From Squalus acanthias (taxonomy: Eukaryota), in the NCBI GenBank assembly GCA_030390025.1, contig CM059432.1, positions 134,356,001 through 134,420,000 of the forward strand: a stretch of DNA of 64,000 nucleotides, written 5' to 3'. Shown here in pieces: positions 10,616 to 23,431 of the stretch. The first letter of the stretch is position 1; each line of letters begins with the position of its first letter. The position numbers and the translations under genes were made by a program. The notes below the pieces were generated by a model. The model saw only the letters and a program-made list of their open reading frames with translations. It was not told where the DNA came from and made no database searches.

Positions 10616-11415
10616 TTAATGATCTTGAAGGACTAGACTTTGAAAAGGTGGTGTGTGGTTTCTCCCACTCATGAGGAAGGAGAAGGGGGCATTGGTTTTT
10701 TAAGGCAAAACCCAGAAGGGTTTATGGAAAGACACAGATAGACAGAAACATAGACAGAAGACTCTCTCTCAAATGCTGTTCCACTATCTGACTTGTACCA
10801 TTGTTACTGGTTTTTATTTAGCACACTCTGTTCTATATGCATAACCATGTTTGGAGCTTTGTGTGGAAGCAGCTGAAAACCCTGTTATCTGGTGCTTAAT
10901 GGCTTTTCACAATTGATGCCTGATCAAGAATAACTTTAGTCAGTGGGGAAGAGATTGAGAGCTCAGGGAGTTGGGCAAGTTAGGTCAGGCAAAGCGACCT
11001 CTTGACTCACAGAGAAGGAGCATGTGGGACCTGGGGTTGGGGGTGGGGGGCGGAATTGTCTTCTAATTGCAATTCAGAAGTCAAGGAAGGCTAAATAGAT
11101 TTTATCTTTGGTCATGTAAAGCCTGCTTTCTTAGGTTTATCTCTGTATGTTTCAATTGTTAATTCCCTTCAGCGTGAAGGTTTTGCATGTTTATTACAAA
11201 GCACAAAGTTCTGTTGAATTTGTGAAAACCTTGTTTCATAAAACAAAAGATTTGTGTTTAGTGAAAATATTAAGCAATTCGAAACTGAAAAATGACAGTT
11301 GCTTAATCAGACATTGTAACCTTTAAGGTATAAGCTTTGATACATCTAGTACAAACTATTTAGAGTGGGGTGGGTGGGTGGAGCGGAGGGGAAAACTACA
11401 CCTCATTGATAGATT

Positions 11416-12117
11416 GGCCCGTATTTTCCGATCAGAGGCTTCCCACGTGCGGAGGCCTCCGACCTGGAAAAAATCTACGGACTTACCTGAGGGCTCCCGA
11501 GGTGCATATACTTCCGTTCCTGAGCCTCTCCAACTCGAAATGCGCAGGGCCCACGTATCCCAGAGGCGCATGCGGTTCGCAAGCATCCCTGGGATCACGT
11601 GGGCCATGGGGAGCCAATAGGAGAAGGGAATCTCCCTTCATACACTTGACAGATAGACCTGTCAAATATATGAATGGAGATCAGCCCAAAAACACTGTAA
11701 AACATTAAATATTTTTTTTTTTAAATCACATTTTTAAAATGAGTTGAAATTACAATAAATTAAATATATATTTTTTTAATTTTTTGAAAAAAATAATTAA
11801 AGTTTTTCACAGGGCTAAAAATAAACTTACCCTTTTTTAAAGTATTTTTAAATGATAAATGAGTGAAAAAATTATTACTTTTTTCAACTCTTATGCTGGT
11901 AAAAGCAGGCCTTACGCCTGCTTTTACCAGGTGTAAGATTTCTAAGGGTTTTCTGCGGGCGGAGGTTCTCCAGAAAGCGGAACTCTCTGCCCGCAGAGGC
12001 CCTTCTCTAGGGCAGGCGTCCGATCTGTCAAGAACATTCCTGAAACCGGCATTTCCGATGTCCCTACAGGTGTGTACACAGCCCGTACACACCCGTAGGC
12101 ATCGGAAAATACGGCCC
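11416..12117. mobile_element. MITE family A copy 2, complete
   Basis: TIRs GGCCCGTATTTTCCGAT / ATCGGAAAATACGGCCC with ATT on both flanks. Confidence 0.88.
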
Positions 12118-12652
12118 ATTGTTTAGATTTAAATTTCAATTGCTGAGTGGGAGTGCTGCACTGAAACTCGATGTTTGTGCAAAATGAATCCTGGTATGCC
12201 ACTGTGAAGTGTCCAGGGATATTTTTTCTACATTAAAGGCACTATATAAATGCAAGTTGTGGTAGAGATACTTGATCACTGTTCATTTTGCTCTAAACCT
12301 GGTAATTGATATGGTAGGAAGAGGATCTAAATTGTACGGAGGAATAGCTGGCAGGTGTTTGGAATGTAACCATACATTCAAGACAGAGTATGTAAACTTG
12401 TGGCATCAGGATTTGGCAACTCTAGAAGGGGAAATTAAATCAATGACAGGAGTTAGTGGGTAGCCTGTGATGAGCCCCCCAACAAAAGTCCTGCCAGTCG
12501 ACAAACCAAGTGTGATATGAGGAACCAGACACACTTGCCGATATCAATCCCTGACAGAACCCAGTTATGAGAAACAACTGCCACTGTAGTCACTGTTCTG
12601 TTTTATATAATAAGCCCACTATGTTTAACAATGGAGCACAGAAAATTACCTA

Positions 12653-12748
12653 CAACAACTACAAAAGCAAAATACAGCGGATGCTGGAAATCTGAAATAA
12701 AAACAGAAAATGCTGGAAATATTCAACAGGACCTGTTCTGTTTTTATT
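12653..12748 (-). mobile_element. Short Penelope-terminus insertion
   Basis: aaaacagaaaatgctggaaata terminus, flanked by ACAGAAAA(T/T)(T/G)ACCTA-type 15-bp near-duplication at 12638-12652 and 12749-12763 (one mismatch). Confidence 0.55.
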
Positions 12749-12974
12749 ACAGAAAATGACCTATCTTACAGAAAATCATAGCTAGGAAACAATGGCCTGA
12801 GGACTCTGCCCACATTTGTGTACTTCGTGGGAGCTCTGTTCAGAAGCTTGGCAAATACCCCAACAAACTCAAATCAAATCTCATTCATTCTGAGAAGGCT
12901 TATCATGAAATACCAAATTGCATTGCGGTCTGTAGATTTGACAACCGTACCTGAGCTAGTATTACAAACATACA

Positions 12975-14690
12975 GGCCGCGATTTTGCCGGCGCTCAGAG
13001 TGTGGGTTCGGAGGGGGGTCCACTGTCAAAATCGAAATGATTGACAGCGGGTTGGGAACCTGCTCCGAACCCACCTCCATGTAAGTTTCCAAAGTGTTGG
13101 GTCTGCGATTTCAGAACAGACCCGATACCAAGCAGCGGGGGAGGCATTTAAGATAGTTAAATGCTTGTTAACTACTATTCTGCCAACCTATTTCTATTTT
13201 TCACTTTTTTAACGGGTTTCACGTCGTTCGGAGATCATGTCAGGTAAGTAGGTCGGGTTCTCTGTGTCTCCCCATTGTTGTAAATAGGTGACAGCTGCAA
13301 AAGTGGTATGAAAGCTACCATTTCACAGCTGTTCACTTGCCAATGTCAGAAGCTTGAGCCTTCAGGACTTGGAAGACACCTTTGAGCTTTATGCAGTTTG
13401 GAAGTGTTTGGAGTAAACTCTCTATCCACTGTCACCTCCTTGGAGCAAGCTCTCTCACCATTGACAGATTGCTTCTGTCATCTCAACTTTAGCTGCCATC
13501 TATTCCAGCCCTTGAAAAAATCTCACCTTGGTCCTCTGAATCCCTCCACGATCAGCCCCAACACCAACATCACCAGGCACACCAACATCACCAACAGCAA
13601 TACCAACCTTCTCCGCAATCACCTGATGCTGCACAGGATACAGGGCATCAGCACCCAACAACATTGCTGCCCGGGAGGCCAGTGATGGCATCACCATGGC
13701 CAGATTTACTTCACTTGATGCTGTACACCCTGGCTGCCACATGATGCGCCAGGTTGACACCACCCCGCACCAGCACTATAAAGCATCCCTACAATGTCCA
13801 AGCCATTCCTTTCACACTCATCAATATTGTGGTGGAGGGGGAAGTTATGTCTCAACATTCACTGGAACTCACTAAGACACTTCCAAAGGTGAGCACAGAT
13901 CTGTCCAATAAGGTAAAGTGTTGAAAATAAAGATTTCAATGTTTGACAACACATTAACAGAAACTTCACATGAACATTGGCTAAACCACCCAGGTGCCTA
14001 CCCTTGTTATTAGTTCGTATGCTTGCAGTTGGATGAGGGTGAGTGTGAGGGGTGGCTAGTGAGATGGGGAAGTGATAATGTAGATAGAGAGGGATGGGTG
14101 GAAGTGCAAGGTAAGTTGGTATGAGTAAAGATGTGCAGGAGTAGGGAAGGAAAGGCAGAGTGATGTGGATGTGATGAGTGGCACAGCAGGATGAGGTTGA
14201 GTGTGGCTTGGCAGTAATGTTTTGTGATCTGCTCAGATCATTGAAAGGTTTGTGCCACTGCAGCCTGGTCCTCCTGATGACATCCCTGCTTCTGCCCTCC
14301 TGTGCAATGTGCAACCAGGCTGCGTTGGTCTCCTGGGGATGTCTCTTCCGCCTATGGGAAGGGAAGAGAACCTCCCTGCGTGCTGTGACTCCCTCCATAA
14401 GCATATGGAGGGAGTCATGGGAGACCCTGGGTGCAGCCGTGCACCTTTGTGCAGTGCTTGTCAGTGTTTGCAGCACCTCAATGCTGTAGAACTGTCAAGA
14501 TCAATTTGGACATGGCCCCTTTAAGGAAACCGTCATCAGACCCACTTCCTATTAATTGGCCGGGAACCTCGCAGGGCGGGCTTAAGGAGCCCAATCAACG
14601 AAAAATCGCTTGGTGAGTGCGGGCTGCAGCAGGCTGGGACTGCGAAACCGCCCCCGGCCGCCCCGGACCCACCTTGGGGTGCAGCCACAA
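12975..14690 (-). mobile_element. Harbinger transposon remnant with Myb/SANT-like ORF
   Basis: ORF 13859-14476(-) has PRVSHDSLHMLMEGVTARREVLF...AWLHIA...RRTRLQWHKPFNDL, a Myb/SANT (MSANTD-type) pattern. GGCCGCGATTTT terminus at 12975. The right boundary is approximate. Confidence 0.7.
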
Positions 14691-14879
14691 TGTGTACAGC
14701 AGATTTGGGGCATTGGACATGGACACACTATCTCTGGCAAGGGATCAACAGCTGAAGTATTTTGGCTGTGGTGTATCCAACTTCACAATCTGTACCTGCC
14801 CACGCTGCAATACAACGCATCATTTGAGATATTTTCCCAAAGGGAAAGAGATAACTACAGGGAAGTTACCAACAGGGAA

Positions 14880-15560
14880 AATCTGTTAATCTCAGTCTTG
14901 AAAATTTCAATTGACGCAGCATCCATAGCCTTTAGGGGGAGAGAATTCCAGATTTCTACTACCTTTTGTGTGAAAAGCACTTCCTGATTTCACTCCTGAA
15001 TGACCTAGCTCTAATTTTAATATTCTGCCTCCTTCTTCTGAATTCCCCCATCAGAGGACATAATTTTCCTGTATCTACCCTTTTGACATTTTAAAGACCT
15101 CAGTTATATCAATCGTTGAAACTCAAGGGAGTACAAGCCAAGTTTATGCAACTTGTCCTCATAATTTAACCTTTAGGCCCTGGAATCATTCTGGTGAATA
15201 TGCGCTGTATCATCTCCAAGGCCACGTTATCTTTCCTGAGGTGCGGTGCCCAAAACTATACGCAGTACTCCAGGTGGGGTCTGACCGAGGCTCTGTACAA
15301 CTGAAGCATCACTTCCTGACCTTTGTATTCCAATGCCCTTGAGATAAAGGCCAACATTGCATTAGCCTTTTTGAGTACTTTTTGTGCATGCACACTAACT
15401 TTTAGTGATTTGTGTACCTGGACACCCAAATCACTGTTCCTCCACAGCTCCTCAACTTTCGCCGCTCCGATTTGCCTTTCGTGGATGCAAAGTGAATAAC
15501 CTCACACTTACCCACATTGAACTCCATCTGCCACAGTTTTGCCCACTCACTTAATCTGTC
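14880..15560 (-). mobile_element. CR1 LINE fragment
   Basis: Reverse strand reads LYRASVRPHLEYCV and continues into typical CR1 RT C-terminal sequence. Confidence 0.85.
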
Positions 15561-15989
15561 TTAAGCATCTTGGGACATTTTACTACATTAAAGGTGCTAT
15601 ATAAATGTAAGATGTTGTTGCTGTTGTCTATGTCTCTTTGTAATTTCTGCTCCCATCTACACAACTTGCTGTGCCTCCGAATTCTGTAAGGCACTTCCCC
15701 ACCTTGCCAAAAAGCTTGCTAAACATATACATCGAGGGATCAGTAATCCTTCCTCAATTCCAAGTGTAGGAAATACGGTAATACGTAGAAGTTTCCTGTT
15801 TGGATTCATGTTGGGCTATAAGCAAAGGAACATTTGCAGCAGTTGAAGGGGATGTGAAGGGTCTTGTGATACCCCATGCACATGGGAAGTAGCACATGGT
15901 GTTCAAGGCAGGGATGGTAAGGTGGGTGGAATGTGAAACATGCTTCTAACATTGCACTGGTTCAAATTGTGACTGCCTCTCTTTAACTT

Positions 15990-16490
15990 GGCTAACCTGG
16001 TGAGCTCGTTGAACTTCTTCCGGCATTGATTAGCCGTGTGGGAGTCACTTGAGATGGTAGTCACTGCCAAAGGCACGTCCTTCAACTGGGAAGAGCAAAA
16101 CTAGAGGCCATTAATATAAGATAGTCACTAAGAAATCCAATAGGGAATTCAGAAGAAACTTCTTTACCCAAAGGGTGGTGAGAATGTGGAACTTGCTACC
16201 ACAGGGAGTGGTCGAGGCGAATAGTATAGATGCATTTAAGGGGAAGCTAGATAAGCATATGAGGGAGAAGGGAATAGAGGGTTATGCTGATAGAGTTAGA
16301 TGAGGAAGGATGGGAGGAGGCTCGAGTAGAGCATGGACTGGTTAGGCCGAATGACCTGTTTCTGTGCTGTATATTCTGTGTAATTCTATTTAACTGGGCT
16401 TCCTTCCCTCAGTGCCAAAAAGCTATGTTCTCCTTTGCCAATTTCAGCCAATAACACCTCAATCAAAGTATGTGAACTTGGGGCTAAATG
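15990..16490 (-). mobile_element. Degenerate Harbinger Myb/SANT fragment split by a CR1 insertion
   Basis: LIEVLLAEI on one side of the CR1 and HTANQCRKKFNELTR on the other. Confidence 0.6.
16091..16391 (+). mobile_element. CR1 LINE 3' fragment with 7-bp TSD
   Basis: CR1 3' UTR ending attctgtgtaattctat. AACTGGG at 16084-16090 and 16392-16398. Confidence 0.88.
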
Positions 16491-16711
16491 CCCTGAAGAA
16501 CCAGGAGCCTCAGTCAATATCGTGACACAAACTGTTTCATACTCAGAATGGCTGCGATACCCATTTAAGCTGTTGGTACCAGTTTAGCACTGCGACAGCA
16601 CCAAATTTCCCTCCCAAGAGGCAAGCGCTCGATAGAGGGTGCAACTAGCGCTCGGAGCCTGCCAACAATGATAAAATGACATTGACCCAGGTAAATAGGA
16701 TGCAGTCACAC

Positions 16712-17093
16712 TGGGGTTGCCAACTCTGGTTGGATGTATTCGGGAGGGTTCATCACCTCCTGCCTTCAACCACCCCACGCCCACACTCCCGCCTTGGTCA
16801 CTCAACATTTCCATCTTCGCAGTGCACCGCCTTCACATGCCAATTGGAAAGCAAACAGACACTTCATTACCCAATTGGATGATTCTTGACTGTCAGTCAA
16901 ACAGCCTTTTTATCCTGTCTCCAATATTTTTATAACTAATAAATGAAAGTCTTCAAAGAAAATGAAAAAAACTCACACAATTTTTTAAAAATGTCCTTAT
17001 GATTTTTGTCCTGGGTTGCTCGTAACAATGTCCTGGAGATTAATCTTTAATTCCTGGAGACTACAGGACAATCCTGGAGGGTTGGCAACCCTA
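16712..17093. mobile_element. hAT-like MITE (second copy of the 10186 family)
   Basis: TGGGGTTGCCAAC / GTTGGCAACCCTA termini, body homologous to 10186-10559. Confidence 0.8.
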
Positions 17094-17224
17094 GTTCACA
17101 TCGATGGGCGGATGTGCAGATTTGGCTCACATCCGGCAGTACACCTCGCACAGAGGAAGATCTATCCCCCTATGTCCTTGGAAATAACAAACAGCTACTG
17201 TCTTACTAAATCACACCCTCCCCA

Positions 17225-19379
17225 ACACCTTTGATTCCCTTGTCCCCACTAAAATCATTACACTCTCTCACCCTAGTCGTTCCCCCTGGTATACCCCTCA
17301 TCACCGCTCCCTTAAGTCCAAAGGAGGCAGACTTGAACGTCTTTGGCAGACAACTGGTCTAATCATCCATCACCAGATTTAGCTAGATGATATAAAGCAC
17401 TACCGGTCCTGCTCTCCATCGCTAAAACTGCCCATTATTCTAAGATCATCAGGATAACCAAAATAACACCAGTCTTCTCTTCTCCACCACTAACCATCTT
17501 CTCAAACCACCCTCCCCTACCTCCTCCTCCCTCACCTCCAACAATAAATGTGAGGAGCTCATGGACTTCTTTGTTAAAAAGATTTGACAACATCCGTTCA
17601 ACTGCTTCAGCTTTCAATTTCCTCCCTTCCCCTAGCCCACCAGACCTTACTTCCTCTCCCTTTCCCCCCTGCCCCAACCCTAAATTTGCATATTTCTCTA
17701 ATTTCTCTCCTATCTCCCCTCTTGCCCTTTCAAAGCTCATCTTGTCAATGAGACTGACCTCCTGCTCTCTCGACCCTATTCTTACTAAATTGCTGATCAC
17801 CAAACTTCCCTTCCTGTCTCCTATGTTAGCGGATATTGTTAACAGTTCTCTCTCTTCAGGTATTGTCCCCCTTTCCTTCAAATCTGCCGTCATCACCCCT
17901 CTCCTCAAAAAGCCAACCCTTGACCCCCTCCGTCCTTGCAAACTATCACCCCCATCTCCAACCTCCCTTTCCTCTCCAACATCCTTGAACACGTTGTCGC
18001 CTCCCAAATCCGTGCCCATCTTTCCCAGAACTCCTTGTTTGAATCCCTCCAATCAGGCTTCCATCCCGCCACAGTATTGAAACTGCTCTTACTAAGGTCA
18101 AAAATTACATCCTAATTGACTGCGACAAAGGTAATCTAACCCTTCTCGTCCTTCTGGACCTGTCTGCAGCTTTTGACACAGTTGACCACAAAATTCTGCT
18201 CCAAAGCCTCTCCACCATCGTCCAGGCTGGATGGGACTGCACTCGCCTGGTTTTAATCCTATCTTTCCATCCGTAACCATAGAATCACCTGCAATGGCTT
18301 CTCTTCCCGATCCCACACTGCCACCTCTAGTGTCCCCCAAGGAGCTATCCTTGGCCCCGTCCTATTTCTCATCTACATGCTGCCTCTCGGTGACATCATC
18401 CGGCAACACAACGTGAGCTTTCACATATACGCTGATGATACCCAGCTCTACCTCTCCTCCACCTCTCGCGACCCCTCCACTGTCTCTATACTAACAGGCT
18501 GCTTGTCCGACATCCAGCACTGGATGAGTAGAAATTTCCTCCAATTAAATATCGGGAAGATCGAAGCCATTGTCTTCGGTTCACACCACAAACTCCATTC
18601 CCTTGCCACTGATTCAATCTCTCTCCCCGGCAACTGTCTAAGGCTGACCAACTCTGTTTGCAACCTTGGTGTCATATTTGATCATGAATTGAGCTTCCTA
18701 CCTCATATCCATTCTATCACTAAGACTGCCCATTTCCATCTTTGTAATATCGCCCATCTCTGCCTTTACCTCAACTTAGCTGCTGCCGAAATCCTCATCC
18801 ATGCCTTTATCACCCCTAGACTTGACAATTCCAACGTACTCCTGGCCGGCCTCCCTAGTTCTACCCTCCATAAACTTGAGGTCATCCAAAACTCTGCCGC
18901 CCATGCACTAACTCGCACCAAGCCCCGCTCATCCATCTTCCCTGTGCTTGCTGACCTACATTGGCTCCCAGTTAAGCAACGCCTCAATTTTAAAATTCTC
19001 ATCCTTGTTTTGAAATCTCTCCATGGCCTCACCCTCCTTATCTCTGTAAGCTCCTCCTGCCCTATAATCCCCCTAGATCTCTGCACTATGCCTATTCTGG
19101 CCTTTTGAACATCCCCAATTTTGAATGCTCCACCATTGGTGGTCGTGCCTTCAGCTGCCTAGGTCCTAAGCTCTGGAATTCCCTCCATAAATCTCTCCGC
19201 CTCTTCACTTCTCTTTCCTCCTTTAAGACGCTCCTTAAAACCTATCTCTTCTACCAAGCTTTTGGTCATCTGCCCTAACATCTCCTTATATGGCTCGGTG
19301 TCAATTTTTTTTATAACACTCCTGTGAAGCACCTTGGGATGTTTTATTATGTTAAAGGCACTATTTCAATATAAGTTGT
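17225..19379 (+). mobile_element. L2-clade LINE, 5'-truncated RT region plus 3' tail
   Basis: [49 protein letters not shown] motifs with frameshifts. Confidence 0.93.
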
Positions 19380-19464
19380 TATCGTTGAAATAACAAATGA
19401 AGAATTCCTAAATTTGCTCTTAAAAAAAACAGTAAATGACTATATTGTTTTGTAGGTATGTAAT

Positions 19465-20160
19465 GGCCCGGATTTTGCGTAGATAAGAAAATCTGACAAC
19501 AACTTCTGGCGTCCGCACATGTGCAGTTAAATGCGGAAATCCGAAAGTTGCTGTTAGAGATACCCTGCTCCTCCACAAGGTGCGATACCACGCGGATAGA
19601 CTCAGCACTGAAATCACTGTAATGACGTGAACCTGGGATACTTGCCCACTTGTTCCCCACGAAAGACGCCAGAAAAAGTTAGGGCTGGTGCATTCAGGAC
19701 GAAGTGAATTTTTAATGGAGTGATAGTGATAATTACTGCCAAACAACCTCTCTGGCCTGAAAATTTAATTTTACAAGTGCGGAATCTCATTCCTTCAGAA
19801 GTTAATTAGTGTTGGAGATTTTTTTATTAAAATAATTTTAAAAAACTTTTCCTGTCTGTCTCTTTTATCTCTCTTTCTTAATCCCATCTGTCTTTCTAAT
19901 CTTTATTTGGCTTTCTGTACATGAATTCAATGTAATTAATACTTCCTGGTTTGGACTCTGCGTAGCTCAGTGAGGATTCTTCGATCTGATTGGTTGAAGA
20001 GCCTCGCTGTTTCTTTTTCTGCTCACAGATGCCCTGTAGGGGGCACCGTGCTGAATCAGTGCAAGTCACCGCTCAAAAGCCTGAGAAAACTTTGTGGACA
20101 GCTGTCATAGGAGCGAACGGTGAGCACCATTCCTTTGCCACTGACCCCACAATCCGAGTG
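19465..20160. mobile_element. Harbinger-like MITE, diverged
   Basis: AAT|GGCCCGGATTTTGCG left terminus, degenerate cacaatccgagtg right terminus, CpG-rich arms around an AT-rich centre. Confidence 0.45.
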
Positions 20161-20384
20161 ATTGTATGCTACTGCAGCGTGTTCAAATATGGATCTGCTG
20201 TCGTCTAGCTTCTGAGCTGGCTGCTAAAAGTTTCGAGAAGGAATTATATCAGCTAAGTTATTTGAGGGAAAGGAGAAAAGTCTGTTATAAAACTTCTTTT
20301 CGTTTGCTTTAGGCCTGTTTTATATCAATGTAATAGGCAGAATCATAATAGAGATACATTTAAGTATAATTTGCATCTCTCTCT

Positions 20385-20620
20385 ATCTGGCGCCCGCCCC
20401 CTCCGCAGCGTGAGTTTTCTGAGGGCGTTAGGACCCAGCGGTGTCCGTACCGGTTGTGATGGCGCATGCGCAGTAGGCGGGCCGGCCCGGTGTCGGTTGA
20501 ACGCAGCCGAGAGGAGAGGAGATGGGCTCGGGTGAGTGAGTGAGAGAGAGGAGGGCCCAATCCTGAGCAGTGGGGCCGGGCGAGAGCTCGGTCAGAATCA
20601 GTATCACTGCCCGCCCCTGA
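20385..20620 (+). promoter_or_regulatory. SLC66A2: CpG-rich promoter of SLC66A2
   Basis: High CpG density outside any recognised repeat, GC box near 20393, NRF1 motif GCGCATGCGCA at 20462-20472. Confidence 0.7.
20480..20531 (+). other. SLC66A2: Putative first (5' UTR) exon of SLC66A2; start approximate
   Basis: Donor CGG|GTGAGT at 20531/20532, immediately downstream of the promoter motifs. Confidence 0.6.
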
Positions 20621-20649
20621 CAGGAGCTACACTGAGGGCTGGGGGTCCT

Positions 20650-22340
20650 GGGAGGGACTGGGACAGAAGGAGGGACTGGGACGGAAAGAAGGAGGGAGGG
20701 ACGGAAAGAAGGAGGGAGGGACTGGGACGGAAAGAAGGAGGGAGGGACGGAAAGAAGGAGGGAGGGACTGGGACGGAAGGAAGGAGGGAGGGACTGGGAC
20801 GGAAAGAAGGAGGGAGGGACTGGGACGGAAAGAAGGAGGGAGGGACTGGGACGGAAAGAAGGAGGGAGGGACTGGGACGGAAGGAAGGAGGGAGGGACTG
20901 GGAAGGAAGGAGGGAGGGACTGGGAAGGAAGGAGGGAGGGACTGGGACGGAAGGAAGGAGGGAGGGTGGGACGGAGGGAGGGACTGGGACAGACAGAAGG
21001 AGGGAGGGACAGAAGGAGGGAGGGAGGAAATGGGACAGAAGGAGTGAAGGACTGGGACAGGAGGGAGGGACTGGGACGATGGAGGGAGGGACAGGGGAGG
21101 CTGGGATGGGAGGTGGGACTAGGAAACGGGGACAGAGGAGGGAGGGACGGACTGGGACAGAGGAGGGAGTGGGACAGAGGGAGGGAGTGGGACAGAGGGA
21201 GGGAGTGGGACAGAGGGAGGGAGTGGGACAGAGGAGGGAGTGATGGTGGGAGGGAGTGATGGTGGGAGGGACTGGGACAGAGGAGGGAGAGATGGTGGGA
21301 GGGACTGGGAGGGAGTGATGGTGGGAGGGACTGGGAGGGAGTGATGGTGGGAGGGACTGGGACAGAGGAGGGAGAGATGGTGGAGGGACTGGGAGGGAGT
21401 GATGGTGGGAGGGACTGGGACAGAGGAGGGAGACTGGGACTGGAGAGGGACTGGGACGGAGGGAGTGATGGTGGGAGGGACTGGGACGGAGGAGGGAGAG
21501 AGCGATGGTGGGAGGGACTGGGACGGAGGAGGGAGAGAGCGATGGTGGGAGGGACTGGGACGGAGGAGAGAGAGAGAGAGAGAGATGGTGGGAGGGACTG
21601 GGATGGAGGAGGGAGTGATGGTGGGAGGGACTGGGACGGAGGGGAGAGAGATGGTGGGAGGGACTGGGACGGAGGAGAGAGAGAGATGGTGGGAGGGACT
21701 GGGACGGAGGAGGGAGTGATGGTGGGAGGGACTGGGACGGAGGAGGGAGTGATGGTGGGAGGGACTGGGACGGAGGAGGGAGTGATGGTGGGAGGGACTG
21801 GGACGGAGGAGGGAGTGATGGTGGGAGGGACTGGGACGGAGGAGGGAGTGATGGTGGGAGGGACTGGGACGGAGGGAGAGATGGTGGGAGGGACTGGGAC
21901 AGAGGAGGGAGAGAGATGGTGGGAGGGACTGGGACGGAGGGAGAGAGATGGTGGGAGGGACTGGGACGGAGGAGGGAGAGAGATGGTGGGAGGGACTGGG
22001 ACGGAGGGAGAGAGATGGTGGGAGGGACTGGGACGGAGGGAGAGATGGTGGGAGGGACTGGGACAGAGGAGGGAGCGATGGTGGGAGGGACTGGGACAGA
22101 GGAGGGAGCGATGGTGGGAGGGACTGGGACGGAGGGAGAGATGGTGGGAGGGACTGGGACGGAGGGAGAGATGGTGGGAGGGACTGGGACGGAGGGAGCG
22201 ATGGTGGGAGGGACTGGGACGGAGGGAGCGATGGTGGGAGGGACTGGGACGGAGGAGAGAGAGAGATGGTGGGAGGGACTGGGACGGAGGAGAGAGAGAG
22301 ATGGTGGGAGGGACTGGGACGGAGGAGGGAGAGATGGTGC
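20650..22340 (+). repeat. Purine/G-rich minisatellite (about 30-35 bp unit GATGGTGGGAGGGACTGGGACGGAGGAGGGAGT)
   Basis: Dozens of tandem variant units. Explains the low-complexity ORFs in the track. Confidence 0.95.
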
Positions 22341-22469
22341 GAACGATGGTGGAAGCGAGAGGTGGTGGGTGGTGAAACGATGGAGGATAGAGTGGGTCCT
22401 GGGTGTGGGTGGAGCGGATGGATGGATGAGAGAGAGAGAGAGAGAGAGAGGGGGGTTCCTGTTACATAG

Positions 22470-23387
22470 GATAACATAGAATATACAGCATAGAATCAGG
22501 CCATTTGGCCCAACCAGTCCATGCCGGTATTTATGCACCACTTGAGCCTCCTCCTATCTTGCCTCATCTAACTCTATCAGCATATCCCTCTATTCCTTTC
22601 TTCCTCATGTGCTTGTCCAGCCTCCCCTTAAATGCATCTATACTATTCGCTTCAACCGCTCCCTGTGGTAGCGAGTTCCACATTCTCACCACTCTCTGGG
22701 TAAAGAAGTTTCTTCTGAATTCCCTATTTGATTTCTTGGTGACTGTCTTATGTTGATGGCCCCTAGTTATGCTCTTCCTCACAGTGGAAACATTCTCTCT
22801 GTATCCACTCTTATCAAAACCTTTCGTAATTTTAAAGACCTCTATTAGGTCACCACACGGCCTTCTCTTTTCAAGAGGAAAAAACCCAGCCTGTTCATCC
22901 TTTCCTGATATACCCTCGCATTTCTTAAATCATCCTTGTAAATCTTTTTTGCACCCTCTCCTGTGCCCCTATATCCTTTTTATAATATGGCATCCAGAAT
23001 TGTACGCAGTACTCCACAAGTGTGGTCTGACCAAGGTTCGATACAAGTTTAGCATAACATCTCTACTTTTTAACTCAATCCCTCTAGAAATAAACCCTAG
23101 TGCTTGGTTTATTTTTTTTAGGGCCTTGTTAACCTGTGTCGCTACTTTCAGTGATTTGTGTATTTGTACTCCGAGATCCCTTTGCTCTTCTACACCACTT
23201 AGATTCGTATTTTTCAAGTAATATGTGACCTCCCTAATTTTCTTACCAAAATGTAATACCTTACATTTATCTGTGGACATATAATTGGCAAATGAAATTC
23301 AACATTCTTCAAGTTTATTAATCTGTTCTTGTAATTTGATGCATTCCTCCTCAGTATTGACTATCTCCCCCCCCCCCCCCCCCCCCT

Positions 23388-23431
<44 letters not shown>

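Noticed and set aside
20536..22541. Long ORFs (up to 645 aa) on both strands
   Set aside because: Low-complexity translations of the minisatellite; no domain or splice support.
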